Below, one piece after another: positions 1 through 13,942 of a stretch of 64,000 nucleotides of DNA. Below the pieces are notes generated by a model. The model saw only the letters and a list, made by a program, of their open reading frames with translations. It did no database searches and was not told where the DNA came from. The translations under genes were made by a program, and so were the position numbers. This DNA is from Mytilus trossulus (taxonomy: Eukaryota): the NCBI RefSeq assembly GCF_036588685.1, contig NC_086384.1, positions 37,572,001-37,636,000 of the forward strand. The letters run 5' to 3'. Each line of letters begins with the position of its first letter. The first letter of the stretch is position 1.

Positions 1-706
1 TTGAATACAAGTAAAAGTATAAAACAATTTTTAAAAAATTACAATAAATGTGTGCCAGACGAAGTCATATCTAGTTTCTAGATGTAAGTGTAAGATGTAA
101 GTGTAAAATCACGTTTTTCCCGATTTATATGCTTTTTGGGGTTTGATCGGGATATTTGTTGATTTTTCAAAATGGCGATTTATGAATTTTACATGAAAGT
201 TTGATCATATGTTAGTCATTTGATCAATGTTCCAATGTTCAAAACCTGCATGGCAATTCATTAATATTGATGATAATGCAGTTGTCTATATTTTACAGAT
301 TGTGATTATTATTTTGCCGTACATGTTATTTTGACATCATGTATATGCAGCAATTAGGCTTTATGGTGTGCCTATCAAATAAAAGACAACAAAAATATCA
401 AAAACAATAAAATACTGTAATGACCCTAAAATATGATATTCAAAATAATTGCATTTTGTCGACTTCAAATAAATTGGATTGAGAACATTATTTGTCCGCG
501 TCACTGGTGAATGATTTTTGGCGTACAACACATATATCTGGTTTCTATGATGGGTTCATTTAATAGGTTTTGTTATTCGGTATGGTATACTTATAAAGTG
601 CTTTTGAGCTTTTGATTTTGCCACATAATTAGGGACTTTCCATTTGAATTTTCCTCGGAGTTCATTTTTTTTGTGATTTTACTTTTCATTGTTATTCCCT
701 TTGCAG

Positions 707-816
707 ATGTTATCACGCAATGCAGAGTTAATCAATCCCCAGGATATGAGATGTCTCTCAGAATTTGTACTTTATTTCCAAAAAGATTGTCAGGCATTAA
801 TTGTATCAGAATATAA
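707..816 (+). CDS. Penultimate exon of an upstream paralogous FZ-CRD gene (VITQCRVNQSPGYEMSLRICTLFPKRLSGINCIRI*); 5' exons lie outside the window
   Basis: Same 111-nt size (707-817), ttgcAG acceptor and G|GTAGG donor as exon 20606-20716; Cys and LFPKR conserved. Homologous terminal exon at 1743 (AG|GTATGACATAA) with AATAAA at 1805. Confidence 0.75.
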
Positions 817-2725
817 GGTAGGCAAACATTACTGTAATTGTGCCAATATGATTGCATCCACATAGAAGTTGATGCATTGCATAAATATAGTGCCAACCAA
901 CTTATTTACGCGACGTTCGCGAGTAAAAAACTAACGCGAATGTAAATTGTCGCGAATATGTAAAACTCTCCTTATTAGAATACATCAAATAAATCAAATC
1001 ATCCCGAAATTGAACAGCTGCGAAGCGGTCTTCACAGTTTAAAACGCGAATAAATTATTCGCGAAAATAGGTTTGCAAAAGTGTATAGTCCAGTTAATAA
1101 AGATATCTGTTGCCAATAGAATAATATATGAAAAAAACCACACACACAACAAAACGCACAATAAATCAAATCATCGCGAAATTAAATAGCCGCAAAGTGG
1201 TCTTCACAGTTTAAATTTCAAATAAAGCATTCGCGAAAAACAAGTAAGCAACAGTGTCATAGTCCAATTAATAAAGCGAATAAAATTCAAACTAAACGGA
1301 AACCCTATAAAAATTAGAATGAAAACGCAAACCGTGTCAACGAAACAGCAGCCCAAAAAAACAGAAAACAGTCCATGGCTTATATAATAAGTCTTCAGCA
1401 AAGTGAAAAACAGACTTGAAGTGCCTGACTTGAGACATGCACAAACGTGTGACGGGGTTGAACAACTTTGTGTTATCTCAACTCATCCTCTATATCTCTA
1501 GCCAATGTGGAATAAACAAACACACATCAAAACACAGAGAACACTCAATTGTAAGTAAATCAGAGTCCGATGATGGAAGCGATATGCTTATATATCATGG
1601 ATCTATCATATATTGACGCTAATTGTTTTCTTTATTTTGATAGCAGAACAATCTAGAATGCTTTTCAAAGATATTTTGTTTTGTACTGCATGTATTTCTT
1701 TTCCCAAATACAAACATTTTATTGTGATCTTCTTTTTTGTAGGTATGACATAAAAGTGAAAAGATATTTGGAAGCTCAACATTCGATCATGATCTTTTTA
1801 AAACAATAAATATTACCAACGTCACAAATTATATAAAATTGTTTTTGTCTTTTTTCCATACTTCAAAGAATTAACATAGATCATTAGAAATGAAGGTTTT
1901 AATTAGTATTCGAACTTTTTGTGCGAACGAAGTATATCCTGCATTAAGTTTACTAATGTAAAAAATATTTTGCTCCCTTTTTTCTTTAATATATTAATAA
2001 AGTATCATGTTATTCTGCTTCTGTGCCGAAAGTTAATGTTACAACTTCTGTTTAAATAGCAATTTATTTTTGGGTCCTAGACGAGGTCCATACTAAGTAA
2101 TGTCGATTATAAATGATACGGAATAAGACAATAATAAGTGTGAAACATAAACTGAACGATGGAAACAAATGTCGTGCACATTGTCGAACCAAGAAAAAGG
2201 CCCGTCCTTGTTATTAAGTCGGAAAATTAATTTAAATATCTAAATTATATACATTTCTATAGCGCAATGTTAAAGTCCAGCCAAACGAAGTTTGAACCTC
2301 AAACTAATTGCAACAGAAAGTGTGTTAGTTCTAATCTATAGCATTTAACTCCAAATATACACAGAAAAAAAACCATCCTATAAAATCTAACTTGAGGAAA
2401 GCTCAAAATCAGCAACATTGGAAAGGGAGATAACTCCGCCAAAATGAGTCTTTTTCCTGTCAGTTTTTGGTTGATTTTCTTAAAATTCATGTGAAGTATG
2501 ACACTTTGATTGGGTTTCATGTTCGTATTTGACTACATTATATAATCTTCTGCTGATGAAATGCACAAAAGCGAACTGTTAGGGCTCTTTCTTTATTTTT
2601 ATCATTACAATTTTGTGACCATTCTTAAAAAAATAATGTGAATATTTGGTATTGTTTATATCTGTAAAATGTAAATTATAATTGTTCAGTATCTTCCTTG
2701 TTTCTTTAAACCAAGAAAAAATACA

Positions 2726-2861
2726 GGGGTTAAAGTCATAAAACTTTGCTCAGTTCTCGGAAAAACGCATGCTCGAAATATAAAATCCAGCATTTTGGTT
2801 GGTTGATTTTGGAGGTTGAGTACAAAAAACTGACTCGAAAAATTTATGACTTCAAGGCCAG
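2726..2861. mobile_element. ~135-bp MITE family (other copies ~21803-21942 and ~25068-25194)
   Basis: Inverted ends aagtcataaaa..tttatgactt; shared core gctcgaaa..aaaatccag.attttgattgg in all three copies. Confidence 0.55.
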
Positions 2862-5800
2862 ATGCCTAATTTTTTTATATTTTTTTTTTTAATAAATTTG
2901 AGATTCTTTACCTTAGTATGTTGAAAAATCGAATAAATGGTAAACTTATGAATTATGAAATTTAAGTTTAAGCTTGATAAAAAGATATAAAAACACCTTC
3001 AGAGTTGAATGCTATACTCTAAAGACGGATAAAATATCAAGAATCAATATATTCTATTAAATAGAAGCGGTAAAGTCATAATTCTGAATAATTTTTATTG
3101 ATATTTCTGCCTTTTTTGCAGAGTTGTCTCCAATTTAAATGCAAATCTCTACAGGAATTTTAAATTGTTTTTTTTTATCAGTTTTCTTCTATTTAGATTT
3201 TGTTTGACTTTTTTCTGTGTATATTTGGGGTATAGCAAAGGATTAAAACTTTAAAATCTTCTGTTGCAATTACTTTAAGATTAGGGTCAAATTTATGCTA
3301 GATTGACTGGACTATTTATGTCAAAATTGGAGCCAGACAAACAGACCAAAATGTGAAAAAATAACGGAATATGACAGACTCGTTGGATTTTAATGCATAC
3401 ATAGGAAAACATAATTGATATCAGTAGCATATATTTATATTGCAGAACGGAAATAGTACTGTGTTTAAATATGTTGAAACTTAATAATACCAGCATCAAT
3501 GGTAAATTCAACAGTTGGAAGTACCGTAAACCCAAAATATGTAACATTGAACATTATCAACCATCAACACTACCCATAAAAGAGGAGCGAAAAATACCAG
3601 AGGAACATTCAACCTCATAGATGATCATAAATCGAAAAAAAAACCAAAAAAAAACTGACAACGCCATAACATATGCCTATCGTTTCTTTAGTGAAACTAT
3701 TACTTTTTCTTTGCTTCTGCAAACGTTAGTTTAATAAATATTTCAGTCTTATTTGCTAAAACATGAAGAACTTGAACTGGCTCCGTAAATTTGATAACAG
3801 GTCTAGTCACACTTGTTTGTTTGACACAGACAGCTTAGTCATATATCATATCATACATTGGTTTATTAGACAAAAGTTAAGTATTTGAAATAATGATGTC
3901 ATTTTAGATCTTTGTATTTAGAATTCGTTGTTATGGCACGGTCATTTGTAGGTCATGTGAATATACTCTCTTTATTTTCAAATTTGTGTACACCCTCAAA
4001 AAGTAAAAACAAAACGATCGAGCTCCAATGGAAATTTCAAAATGGAGAGTCCATAAAAGATTAACACAACTGATAACATTACTCTTTATCTCCATTTGTC
4101 GTTCTCAATTTTATTAAATTACATATTTGTTTATCATCAATTAAACATGGTATTACAAAATACAACCATATTTCAACCACCTTTTTGCATAAAAATGTCC
4201 TGTACCAAGTCTGGATTATGGCAGTTGTTATTACAATCGTTTGTTTCAGGTTTCTGTTTCAAACGGTTTTAGTCTGTAACCCGGATCAGTTTTCGCTTAA
4301 TTGATCTACCACTATTTGACAGCGGTAAACTACTGTTGCCTTTGTTTCGAAAAAATAGTTTCGCCTAGAAGAAAATGCAAATTTACTCTGCATATCGTCA
4401 TTTAAGTGAAAAAGGCACACACACTCTATTGTTCAAATGAATTTTACATTACTTCTGAACATGTTACATATAAAAAATAAGTCTCTTACTATCAACTTGT
4501 GTAATTATGTAGAAGCTGCATGGAATACTCAATCTAGTATAGTCTCATAACATTATATGTCATTCCATTGTGCTATTGTTCTCTGTTGTCTAGGCATGTT
4601 TTATTATGTAATATATGTTGTTAATTTTGCCATATCATGTCTTAAATGAAGATTCATTCTTTCATTCAAAAGCATTAGCTTCTGAGCAGAAGATAAAAGA
4701 CCTATTGTTACTAGAACATGTCACCAAATTGCGTTCCGTTAAAACACAAGCTAGAACGTAGCGTTAAGTTTACAACATTCTAAATTCCCTTCAGAATGTG
4801 TATGTAAATCAAAAGGGGAAAGCAAATAAAAACTGATAAAAATCAAACGTGAGACTTTATCAACATACAAAACGAATATTAAACAACCGTCATAATCCTG
4901 ACTTGGAACAGGCATCTTCTGATTTTCTAGCTAGCTAAACATCCCACTTGTACCACATTTGTTAATAGTTCTGCAACTTGTTAATTATATAATTTTCAAA
5001 GTATTCAATACCTTATATCATATAGCAATAAACTCTTTAAAGTAACTTGATAGAAAGTATAAAATTTAAAGAAAATACAGTATCTGTCATTACATGCCTT
5101 TTGTGAAAGTAAAGTAGTACTTTAGGCTTGAATAGACACAGGTTTGTTTGTGATTATGTGAACACCGTTATTCCTTTATACTATATAAAACACTAGAATT
5201 TCGAAATTGATTTGATTCGAAAATCATAGTTTTCTATCAATATTACTATGTATTTCATTATTTTGGTGACAGATAATTTGATACTAAAATATATCATTTA
5301 AAAAAAAGAATATAAAAAAAATCCAAAATTCCAAGGAAAATTCCAAAAGGTGTCATTTGCCCCTCATAGGATACACGATGCTCTACTAGATAAGAGTCTG
5401 GTGGAATATATCTTAATTCTTTTACCCTTGTCTTTATACTTTTCCCATTAGTATCTTTTCTTATTATCCTTTACCTATTTTTTGCATCCTTGGTTTTCTT
5501 TGCACTTTATTTTGCACGTATTGCCCAATATTCTCTTGTCTTTAAACCCCACATAGACCTTCCTATATCGACCATTAGAACTAATAGAAAACAGGTACCA
5601 GACTCTTGAACGGTACAAACACTATCCAAAGAGCAAACAAGGTGGTTAAACCTGGTTTTGTAGCTAGCTAAACATTCCACTTGTATGAAAAACATTCATG
5701 GTTTCATTATATAAACCAAATTGTTTGAGCAATCCAAACATACATAATTGGCTAACGTGACAATGATTGGGACCAAACAGTCAGAATAGTATTAACATAC

Positions 5801-5941
5801 ATCATAAATATCCAACACAACTTAATTAAAAATCTAAAACCACGGACTTATAAAGCTAAAAGAAAAACTAACAGATATTTTTTTATTAGATTGTATAGTT
5901 TAGTATACTATAATAACAATACAATTTTCCAAGTATAGTAA

Positions 5942-6411
5942 GTAAATAAACTCATCATAGATACTAATGGAAAACAGGTGCCAGACTCTTGAAAGGTACA
6001 ACACTATCCAAAGAGCAAACAAGGTGGTTAAACCTGGTTTTATAGCTAGCTAAGCTAGCTAAATTTAATATATACGCCAGACGCGCCTTTCGTCTACAAA
6101 AGACTCATCAGTGACGCTCGAATAAAAAAAAGTTAAAATGACCAAATAAAGTACGAAGTTGAAGAGCATTGAGGACCAACATTCCTAAAAGTTTTGCCAA
6201 ATACAGCTAAAGTAATCAATGCCTGAGTTAGAAAAGCCTTAGTTTTTCTAAAATTTCAATTTTTTTTTTTGTAAACAGTAGATTTATAAATATAACTATA
6301 TCAATGACAATTCATGTCAGCACAAAAAGTGCTGACTACTGGGATTGTGATACCCTCGTGGAAATAAATCTCTACCAGCAGTGGCATCGACCCAGTGGTT
6401 GTAAATAAACT
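5942..6411 (-). mobile_element. Retrozyme/Penelope-related repeat with a hammerhead at 6073-6117 (stem III point mutation)
   Basis: Minus strand reads GCGTCA-CTGATGA-GTC ttttgta GAC-GAAA-GGCGCG-TC-TGGCGT; terminal direct repeat gtaaataaact at 5942 and 6401. Confidence 0.7.
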
Positions 6412-7180
6412 AGATTGCTAGATTGAAGTAAGATGCTGAAAACACCACTTTAAAAAAATAATGTGTTTAGAACACACTCGGATAAAAAAACGCACGGAAA
6501 GAAAAAAATCTACTAATATCAACTTTCCTTTAGACATAATAAAGAACTCAAGTACATTATTTTGCAATATTCTTTATCTAACCATGTTATTTAAATTGTT
6601 TTGTGGTTCCAAAGGTCTCGAAAGACTTTTTTGTGCAAACATACACCTCAGGTTTTTAAGTAAGTTAAAATAATCAAAATAAATTGATTATAATTGGACA
6701 AGACAGATGCAATGCTAACAGAGCAAGGTTAAGCGATGTACGATTATGTAACCTCTAAGACAAAATATTGAAATGCAATTACGCACAAAAGTTGAGTCAC
6801 ATGGAGATGTCTCTAAATAAAAATTGATAAGGATGTCTGTGATAGACGAGCTTCTTGAATAGAAATGTATAATGCGCTTAATGTTCTAAGGATTATAAAT
6901 GCAGTCAAGTTATTCGATACGTGCGTACTGAATCTTGCCGTCTGCCATTTATGTTTTTTTTATATCAAATATTAAACGAATGTTTGTAAATGAAAAATAA
7001 AAAGTACTTCGTGTTGATCCTTATCAATTCCGATGAAGTATTCTCCGATTGGGTCTGCAGAATATAAATACTACAATATAAAGAGCTAACTGGTATATAT
7101 TGTCCTTTTCTTAATATCTTCACACTGTAACTCTTATGTTTTTGAGGAGAGTAAAAACAGTATACAGACTATCTATTTAA

Positions 7181-7572
7181 GGAAGCTGGCTTGTCATGTT
7201 TTAGATTTTTTTGTTAGATTTTCGGATTCCTTTGGTTTTATCCATTTTAATGCCTTGAAAAAATTTGACCGGTGACCCTCATTTTTCTTTTTGTTAATCT
7301 TTTATATGTATGATGATAAGCCATCTGTAAAAGTCTTATAAAATTTTAATTACTTTTTAACAGTTTTTGAGAACTTCAACTTGTCAATGATAAAGCTATG
7401 AAAAGTCAAGTGAGAATATTTTCCCGCCAAAATTTCAGTGGCATATATCTCAAAAACAAGCACGGTGACCTATATATTTTTTTGGCTCTTTGGATTCCTT
7501 TATTAATCCCCTATGTATATAAATTAGTGTTTTGAAAAGTTAATTACTTTGAAAAAAAAGAAGCGAACTCCC
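7181..7572. mobile_element. MITE with TTAA TSD (Kolobok-like)
   Basis: TTAA|GGAAGCTGGCT ... AGCGAACTCCC|TTAA imperfect TIRs; a related degenerate copy lies at ~23989-24353. Confidence 0.55.
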
Positions 7573-9854
7573 TTAACATAATGCTATATAAAAGATCAGA
7601 AAAATGTAAATAAACAAAGGAAAATTCTTTAAAAAAAAGTAAAATCACAAAAATACTGAACTCCGAAGAAAATTCAAAACAGAAATTCCCTATTCAAATT
7701 GCAAAATGAAAACCTCAAGCACATCAAACGAATGAATGACAACTGTCAAATTCCGGACTTTGGTATAGGTATTGTCAGATGTAGACAATAGTAAATTGAA
7801 CCTGGTTTCATGAAATAGCTTGATATCGTTAACCGAAAATAACGTTTTACAAATGCTATGCAAGTAATTTCATAGTCAAAGCACATTCGATGCAATTTAT
7901 TTCTAGATGTTTAATCTTTTAAATTAATAATTTATCAATTTCATACAATACACATAACTATTGGAAGAAGTTTCAGCAATTAATAAACGGAAGAGAACAA
8001 TCGACAATTTTCTTGAATCTAAGGTGGTTTTCTGTATTTACCGTCATTAGGAACGCTTTAACATTAACAAATGACCAAAATGGTTTGCATATCTCGTGTC
8101 TGTAGTGACAATTTACGGGGCTCGTGTTGCTTATTCTTTAGTTTTATATGTTGTGTCGTGTATGCTGTTGTTTGTCTGTTTGTCTTTTTCATTTCTAGCC
8201 ATGGCGTTGTCAGTTCATTGTCGATTTATGAGATTGCTGTTCCTCTGGTATCCTTTGTGCCTCTTTTTAATTGTAATCAATGTGATCTGAATATAATTGA
8301 TAAATATCAATATTACAAAATAGTCAAAACATTTATTACATGAGCTTGTTGGTTTTACTCCTTTTTTTTTCTTTTCAATTCTATTTACTCGATTTTTGAT
8401 TGATTGTCTGGTCTTTTTCCAATTGATGATAGTTGATGACAGTAATGTTTCAATCTGTATAGAATTTTTAATACATATGATATAAACATCAGACTGAGAA
8501 CGAAGAAATTAATAAGAAAAAAATAGAAAAGAAGTAAAAAACAAACACAAAATGTCATTAACCTACAAATCGACATGCATTACAGTATAAGGACTAAACA
8601 AAAGAAGTCAAACATGCGTCATTTCCTTTAAACAATCCTGAATGTACATGTATATGTCATAGTTTTATTTACGACACACACAATGTTGCTGTATAATTTT
8701 TGATTATGTAAATGTCAAATTGTCACGGATAGGTGTGTGCAGTGAAATATGGATGCGTAGTATCCATTTTGATAATTTACATGTTAAATGAACACACACA
8801 TATGTATTCGAGGCAGTTTTATAATTCAAAACAACAAGCATATCAAATATTGTTTTATACTGAAATGAGAGTCTATCGTCATGACGTTAAAACAAGACCT
8901 GTACTCTTCTATTTTGCCTGACTGATCGGACGAATAATAAGAACATGTCATGTATCATACCAAAGGACGGTATTTCAACAGCTCACCGTAGGGCTTTACA
9001 CAAGGAGAAACATTCATAAAAAAGAGAAATGAAATGGGTAATGTGTCAAAGCGATACCAACTCGACCATAGAGCAGTCAACAGCCGTAGGCTTTAACGTA
9101 GAGAGAAACTCCCGCACACGGAGGCGTCCTTCAGCTGTCCCCTTAAAAAATATGTATAATAGTTCAGTGATAATGGACCCCATACTAAATTCTGAATTAT
9201 ACACAAGGAACTAAAATTAAACATCATACGATGCTAACAAAGGACAGAGGCTCCTGACTTGGGACAGGCGCAAAATAATGGCGGGTTAAACATGTTAATG
9301 AGATCACAACCCTCTCATATACCTCTAGCCAATGTAGAAAAGTAAACGCATAACAATACGCACATTAAAATTCAGTTCAAGAAGTCCGAGTCCGATGTCA
9401 GAAGATGCAACAAAAGAAAATAAACAAAATGACAATAATACATAAATAACAACAGACTACTAGCAGTTAACTGACATGCCAGGTCCAGATCTAGACTTCA
9501 ATTAAACTGATGGAAAGATTATGACCCTATAAGTGAATCAATATTAAATCCAAAATATGCAAATTTTAATGACCTGAATAGTATATCTTGCTATTAAAGG
9601 CTCAGGGAAACAAAATTTGGAAAATCTAAAGTAATTAACATTAATTAATGATTTAATTAATTCGCAAACTAATAATAATATGTTCTGGTTTGTGACTGGC
9701 ACAGAAGCAATGTTGTCATGGTGAACCATGTATGGAGTGAACGACCCTCTCACGTGCAAAACAAATACTTCCTTTATTATAACAAATCTGACGAATTAGT
9801 TTATGTCTTTCTATTAGTTGATTTTGTCTTATTTAAACTTGAAGACATTATCAA

Positions 9855-9898
9855 GTATCACTGAAGAGACATGTTTTGTTGAAATGCGCATCTGGTGC
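9855..9898 (+). ncRNA. Minimal type I hammerhead ribozyme (upstream copy)
   Basis: GTATCA-CTGAAGA-GAC atgtttt GTT-GAAA-TGCGCA-TC^TGGTGC; the stem changes relative to the 10191 copy are G-U compatible. Confidence 0.8.
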
Positions 9899-10190
9899 AG
9901 GAAAATTTGCACCATTAATGGTATTTCTACCACTGGGTCGATGCCTCTGCTGGTGGACTGTTAGTCCCCGAGGGTATCATCAGCCCAGTAGCCAGTACTT
10001 CGGTACTGGCATGAAAATACGGATTTTTTTGTGTTATTAAAATTCTAGAAATTATTATGAATAAAGGAATGTATCTCCCTCGTGCAAAGCTCTGATTCCT
10101 GTCGCGGATTTGGCTATACTTTTTGGACCTTTTGGATTATAGCTCTTCATCTTTTAAATAAGTTTTGGATTTGAAATAATTTTGCCACGA

Positions 10191-10234
10191 GCATCACTGA
10201 AGAGACATGGATCGTCGAAATGCGCATCTGGTGC
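10191..10234 (+). ncRNA. Minimal type I hammerhead ribozyme, core intact
   Basis: GCATCA-CTGAAGA-GAC atggatc GTC-GAAA-TGCGCA-TC^TGGTGC: stem I, CUGANGA, stem II, GAAA, palindromic stem III, AUC cleavage triplet. Confidence 0.85.
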
Positions 10235-13141
10235 AGGAAACTGGTACCGTTAATGTTATTGATACGGATTATAAAATCAAAATACTTAGAAATTCACCAA
10301 AAGAACTTTAATACCTCTTTTACAATTCAAACGAAATCAGTATGAACTTCTATTTAAAACATGAAAAATTAATAGTTTTATAGCTGTTATAATCTTTTTT
10401 CTTCCCTACTAATAAATATCAAATAATCATTTCAGCAAAAACTGTTGTACTAGTAAATACTTGTTAAAGAAAGTCATTCCATAGCTTATACATTAAACAG
10501 TCATTTGCTTTGCTTGCTTAAGCTTTCTTGGAAGGTTGCTTGAAGAACTATGTAAGCTAACATTTTAACAACATAACATAACTACCAACCTGCCAACCAT
10601 CTAATAAGTCTGTTTGAAAAGTTCAAAAGACATTTTCTCCAAATGTTTTTGTTTTTAGTGAAAACGATACTAGAAAAGCTTTTAATTTGTCTAGTAAATC
10701 ATTTATACAATTATCAGACCTGAGATGATCCTTTATTTAAATGTATCTACTCTTGGCTCGAGTTTGTCAACAATAAGCACGTAAAATATACCCGTTGAAC
10801 ATTTTTTTATTGGTAAGTGTTACTTTCAGAACTATTATATTATTCGTCTTTACAAATGTACCAAACATATCGTAAGCGGCTTTTAATTTCATACATTTTC
10901 ACATGGGACGTGCAAAGAAGCTATGCGCGTGTCCCCTTCACGTTTGAATTATGTAACCTCTTCAGTGTTATTAATTTATTTTTGTAAACTTACTGTGTTC
11001 TTATTTAACAAAATATGTAAAGTTTCTTAATGACATGTCAATTAATTCATTTTCGGACAACGACCCATTATTTGCATTTATAGTGTTACTTAAATGCTAA
11101 ACACGAACGTGTTGTGTAACTGTGCTTATGATTATATAAATTTACACGTGTACTCGATGCCTTTTTAAAGAAACGTTGTTGTGTAACTGCTTCATTTCGG
11201 TCATATAAATGTCACCGTGTCTCAAGGGAGGTTATCCAATGTTGATTGCTAATTGACTTGAAAACAATTAAATGTTTTATTTATTAAACATCAATTTACT
11301 TTAAACAATGTTTTTTTAAAATTATTTAATAGTATTATCATGAAATTTTAACAAGATTTACACCCTTATGTTATGTTTGAAGTATTAAGATAAGTATATG
11401 ATACGAATAATAATCACATTTATAGTACATGTTCATAAATCGTAAATTTTAGATTGCTATCGTGACATACAAACAAAATTAAAGCAAATATATATGTAAT
11501 TAAAAAAAACCCATCTATATGATAGTGATGAATTGTCAAAGAATTGGAACATAGTTCTGGTAAGAGACAATTTGTTTTTAAAAGTTCTTATACTTAAATA
11601 GTATCTACCGCATAGTAGGTAAAACCAAATGCTAGGTATAAATAATATTTGATGTGTTTGTCAATACCTTTCGGACGTTTGAGTCCTAAATGCTCTTCAG
11701 CTTTGTACTTTTTATTTTTATATTTATTTTTTTATTTTGTTTATTCAAGCATCACTGATAAGTTGTTGTAAATCAAAGATCTGGGTGGTGTAACAAAATG
11801 TAGCCTGGTATTTTTGATAATTTAAAATATGAACTCGGTCACATCACTTTCAACGAATGATTGCATGTTTTTCACTGTGACATCTGCACCAGAATTAAGA
11901 TAACAGGATAGATTTATATTAATATGTTTAATAGTCGAGGATATCGGAAGACTAATATATGTTTAGAAGGTCCCTAATATATTCTAATACTAGTAGATTA
12001 AATTCGTATTGCTGCATAACCTGTGACTTATTTACTTATATTTTAACAAAGTTCATCATAGTTTAATAATAAATTCCCAAACGGTATCGGGGACTCAGAA
12101 TAAAATGACTTAAAGAGGAACCAGTGAGAAAGATATCATTATATTCACGATCGTGAAAGTAACGGAAATATGTTAATTAACCTCGAAACATTCTGTATGT
12201 GCCACACCCAAGTCCAAGTCAGGCACCTGTAGTTCAGTAGTTGTCACGTGTTGGTGGGCACTCAGCCCTTCTTGACATGAGGGAAAAGTACAAATTGAAA
12301 ATATACCGCTTAGCTAAGTAGTAAGATTTGGCTCATTAGAGCGGCAATAAAGCAGCACAAAAGACAATTGATTAACACAAAGACAAATGACATAAATAAT
12401 ACTTGTAATTTATGGAATCTGGTTCAAAGCTCAATTTGCACCAAATACATAAACCATATTTGCCAATAATGAAAGGTCAACCAGGTAGCCATCGAATTAA
12501 ATGTAAGGGCGTAAGTCCACAATAAAGGTATCGTCACGATGTATGACAACGAATAACAGGCTACAGTAGTTAACCATTGTTAGAAGCTCATAAATCCATT
12601 CATAATAATCAAAATAAAGGTGGCAAAAAAAACCCCAATAATATAATGTGTTCTCTGTGTATTTTCCTTTGTACATAATGCTTTAAAAACACCGCAACCT
12701 TTATTTTTCTAATATACGGTTAACAATGTGTATCACACAAACTTACTTCTGTTTAAATAAATAATAATTCATATATCCATTTTATTCTATTTTAATTTAT
12801 TTCATATAAAAAAGAAATATTATTCCCTTAAACAAATCTCAAAATGATCAGGTACTCCTGTATTAATTTTACATTGTTTGAACCCTGTAGAAGATTTTAA
12901 GTGTACCCCTAAAACAAAATCTAGTCCATTACAGTTATGAAGAAAAACACAACTGATATCGACATTACATAATTTGTATGATAATTATCACGAGAAGATT
13001 TGAATGTGATTATCAACGTGTTTTTATGATCGTTTATCATTAGTTGATATAATAGTCATTAACTAGCGTTGCCTTTTGAATGTACCATTGCAAATGAATC
13101 ACAGCATCAAAGCTTTAAAGCAAGGCAGCTATATCAGGCAT

Positions 13142-13156
13142 ATAGATAGATACTTT

Positions 13157-13199
<43 letters not shown>

Positions 13200-13200
13200 C
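13142..13200. repeat. (TAGA)n microsatellite, possibly the tail of a minus-strand retroelement 3' end
   Basis: About 10 perfect units; on the minus strand it follows AATAAAG. Confidence 0.9.
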
Positions 13201-13862
13201 TTTATTCTCTAAAACTAAATACAAGTTTACAGAAAAACATACAATATAAATACAAATACAATAGTTTAGGCAAACAAATGCAGTACAATATTCTAAAATA
13301 AAGTACAAAATTATGATGGCATACAAGTTTTATAACATAACATCTCTAATCATATTAAGCTCATCAATAAAATCAGCATAATTAAAAATTAACAGGACTA
13401 TTTGCAAATGAATGTCAACATCAAACGAAGCAAGCTTTATATAATGATATGTAATCATCATTAAAATTAATATTATTATTAAATGACTACCTTTGAAATT
13501 GTGGGAGGATAAAGAGGCGTATAATCAAGGTATGCGCATGTATCCGTCATATTTGAATTAATAAGGCATAACATTTTCTTCATTGTTATTAATTGATTTT
13601 ATCAACCCACTATGTTCTTATTTAATAGAATATGTTAACTTTCTTTATGACATGTCATTTAATTCAGTTTCGGACAACGACCCCTTATTTGCATTAAATA
13701 GTTTCGAGTTGCTTATTATTGTCACACATGATCTTGTTGTGTAACTATGTGTATAGTTATATAAATTTACACGTGTACTTGTTGCCTTATCAAAAAAAGT
13801 TGTTGTATAACTTCTAATTTTGGTCATATAAATGTCACCGTGTCACGAGGAAGGTTATCTAA

Positions 13863-13909
13863 TTAAGTCTTTCCACTTTTCTGTGGAAAGACTTATTGTT
13901 TTTCTTCTG

Positions 13910-13942
<33 letters not shown>

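Larger units (their letters stand above)
9850..10260 (+). mobile_element. Retrozyme-like non-autonomous retroelement (two hammerheads 336 nt apart)
   Basis: Direct repeat of the ribozyme region flanking a unique spacer; spacer sequence is related to 5942-6411 and 57940-58290. Confidence 0.7.

Noticed and set aside
8071-8343. Hydrophobic short ORFs in repeat copies (also 17140, 19158, 27456, 31602, 33925)
   Set aside because: They are translations of the same dispersed repeats and their frames are not conserved between copies.
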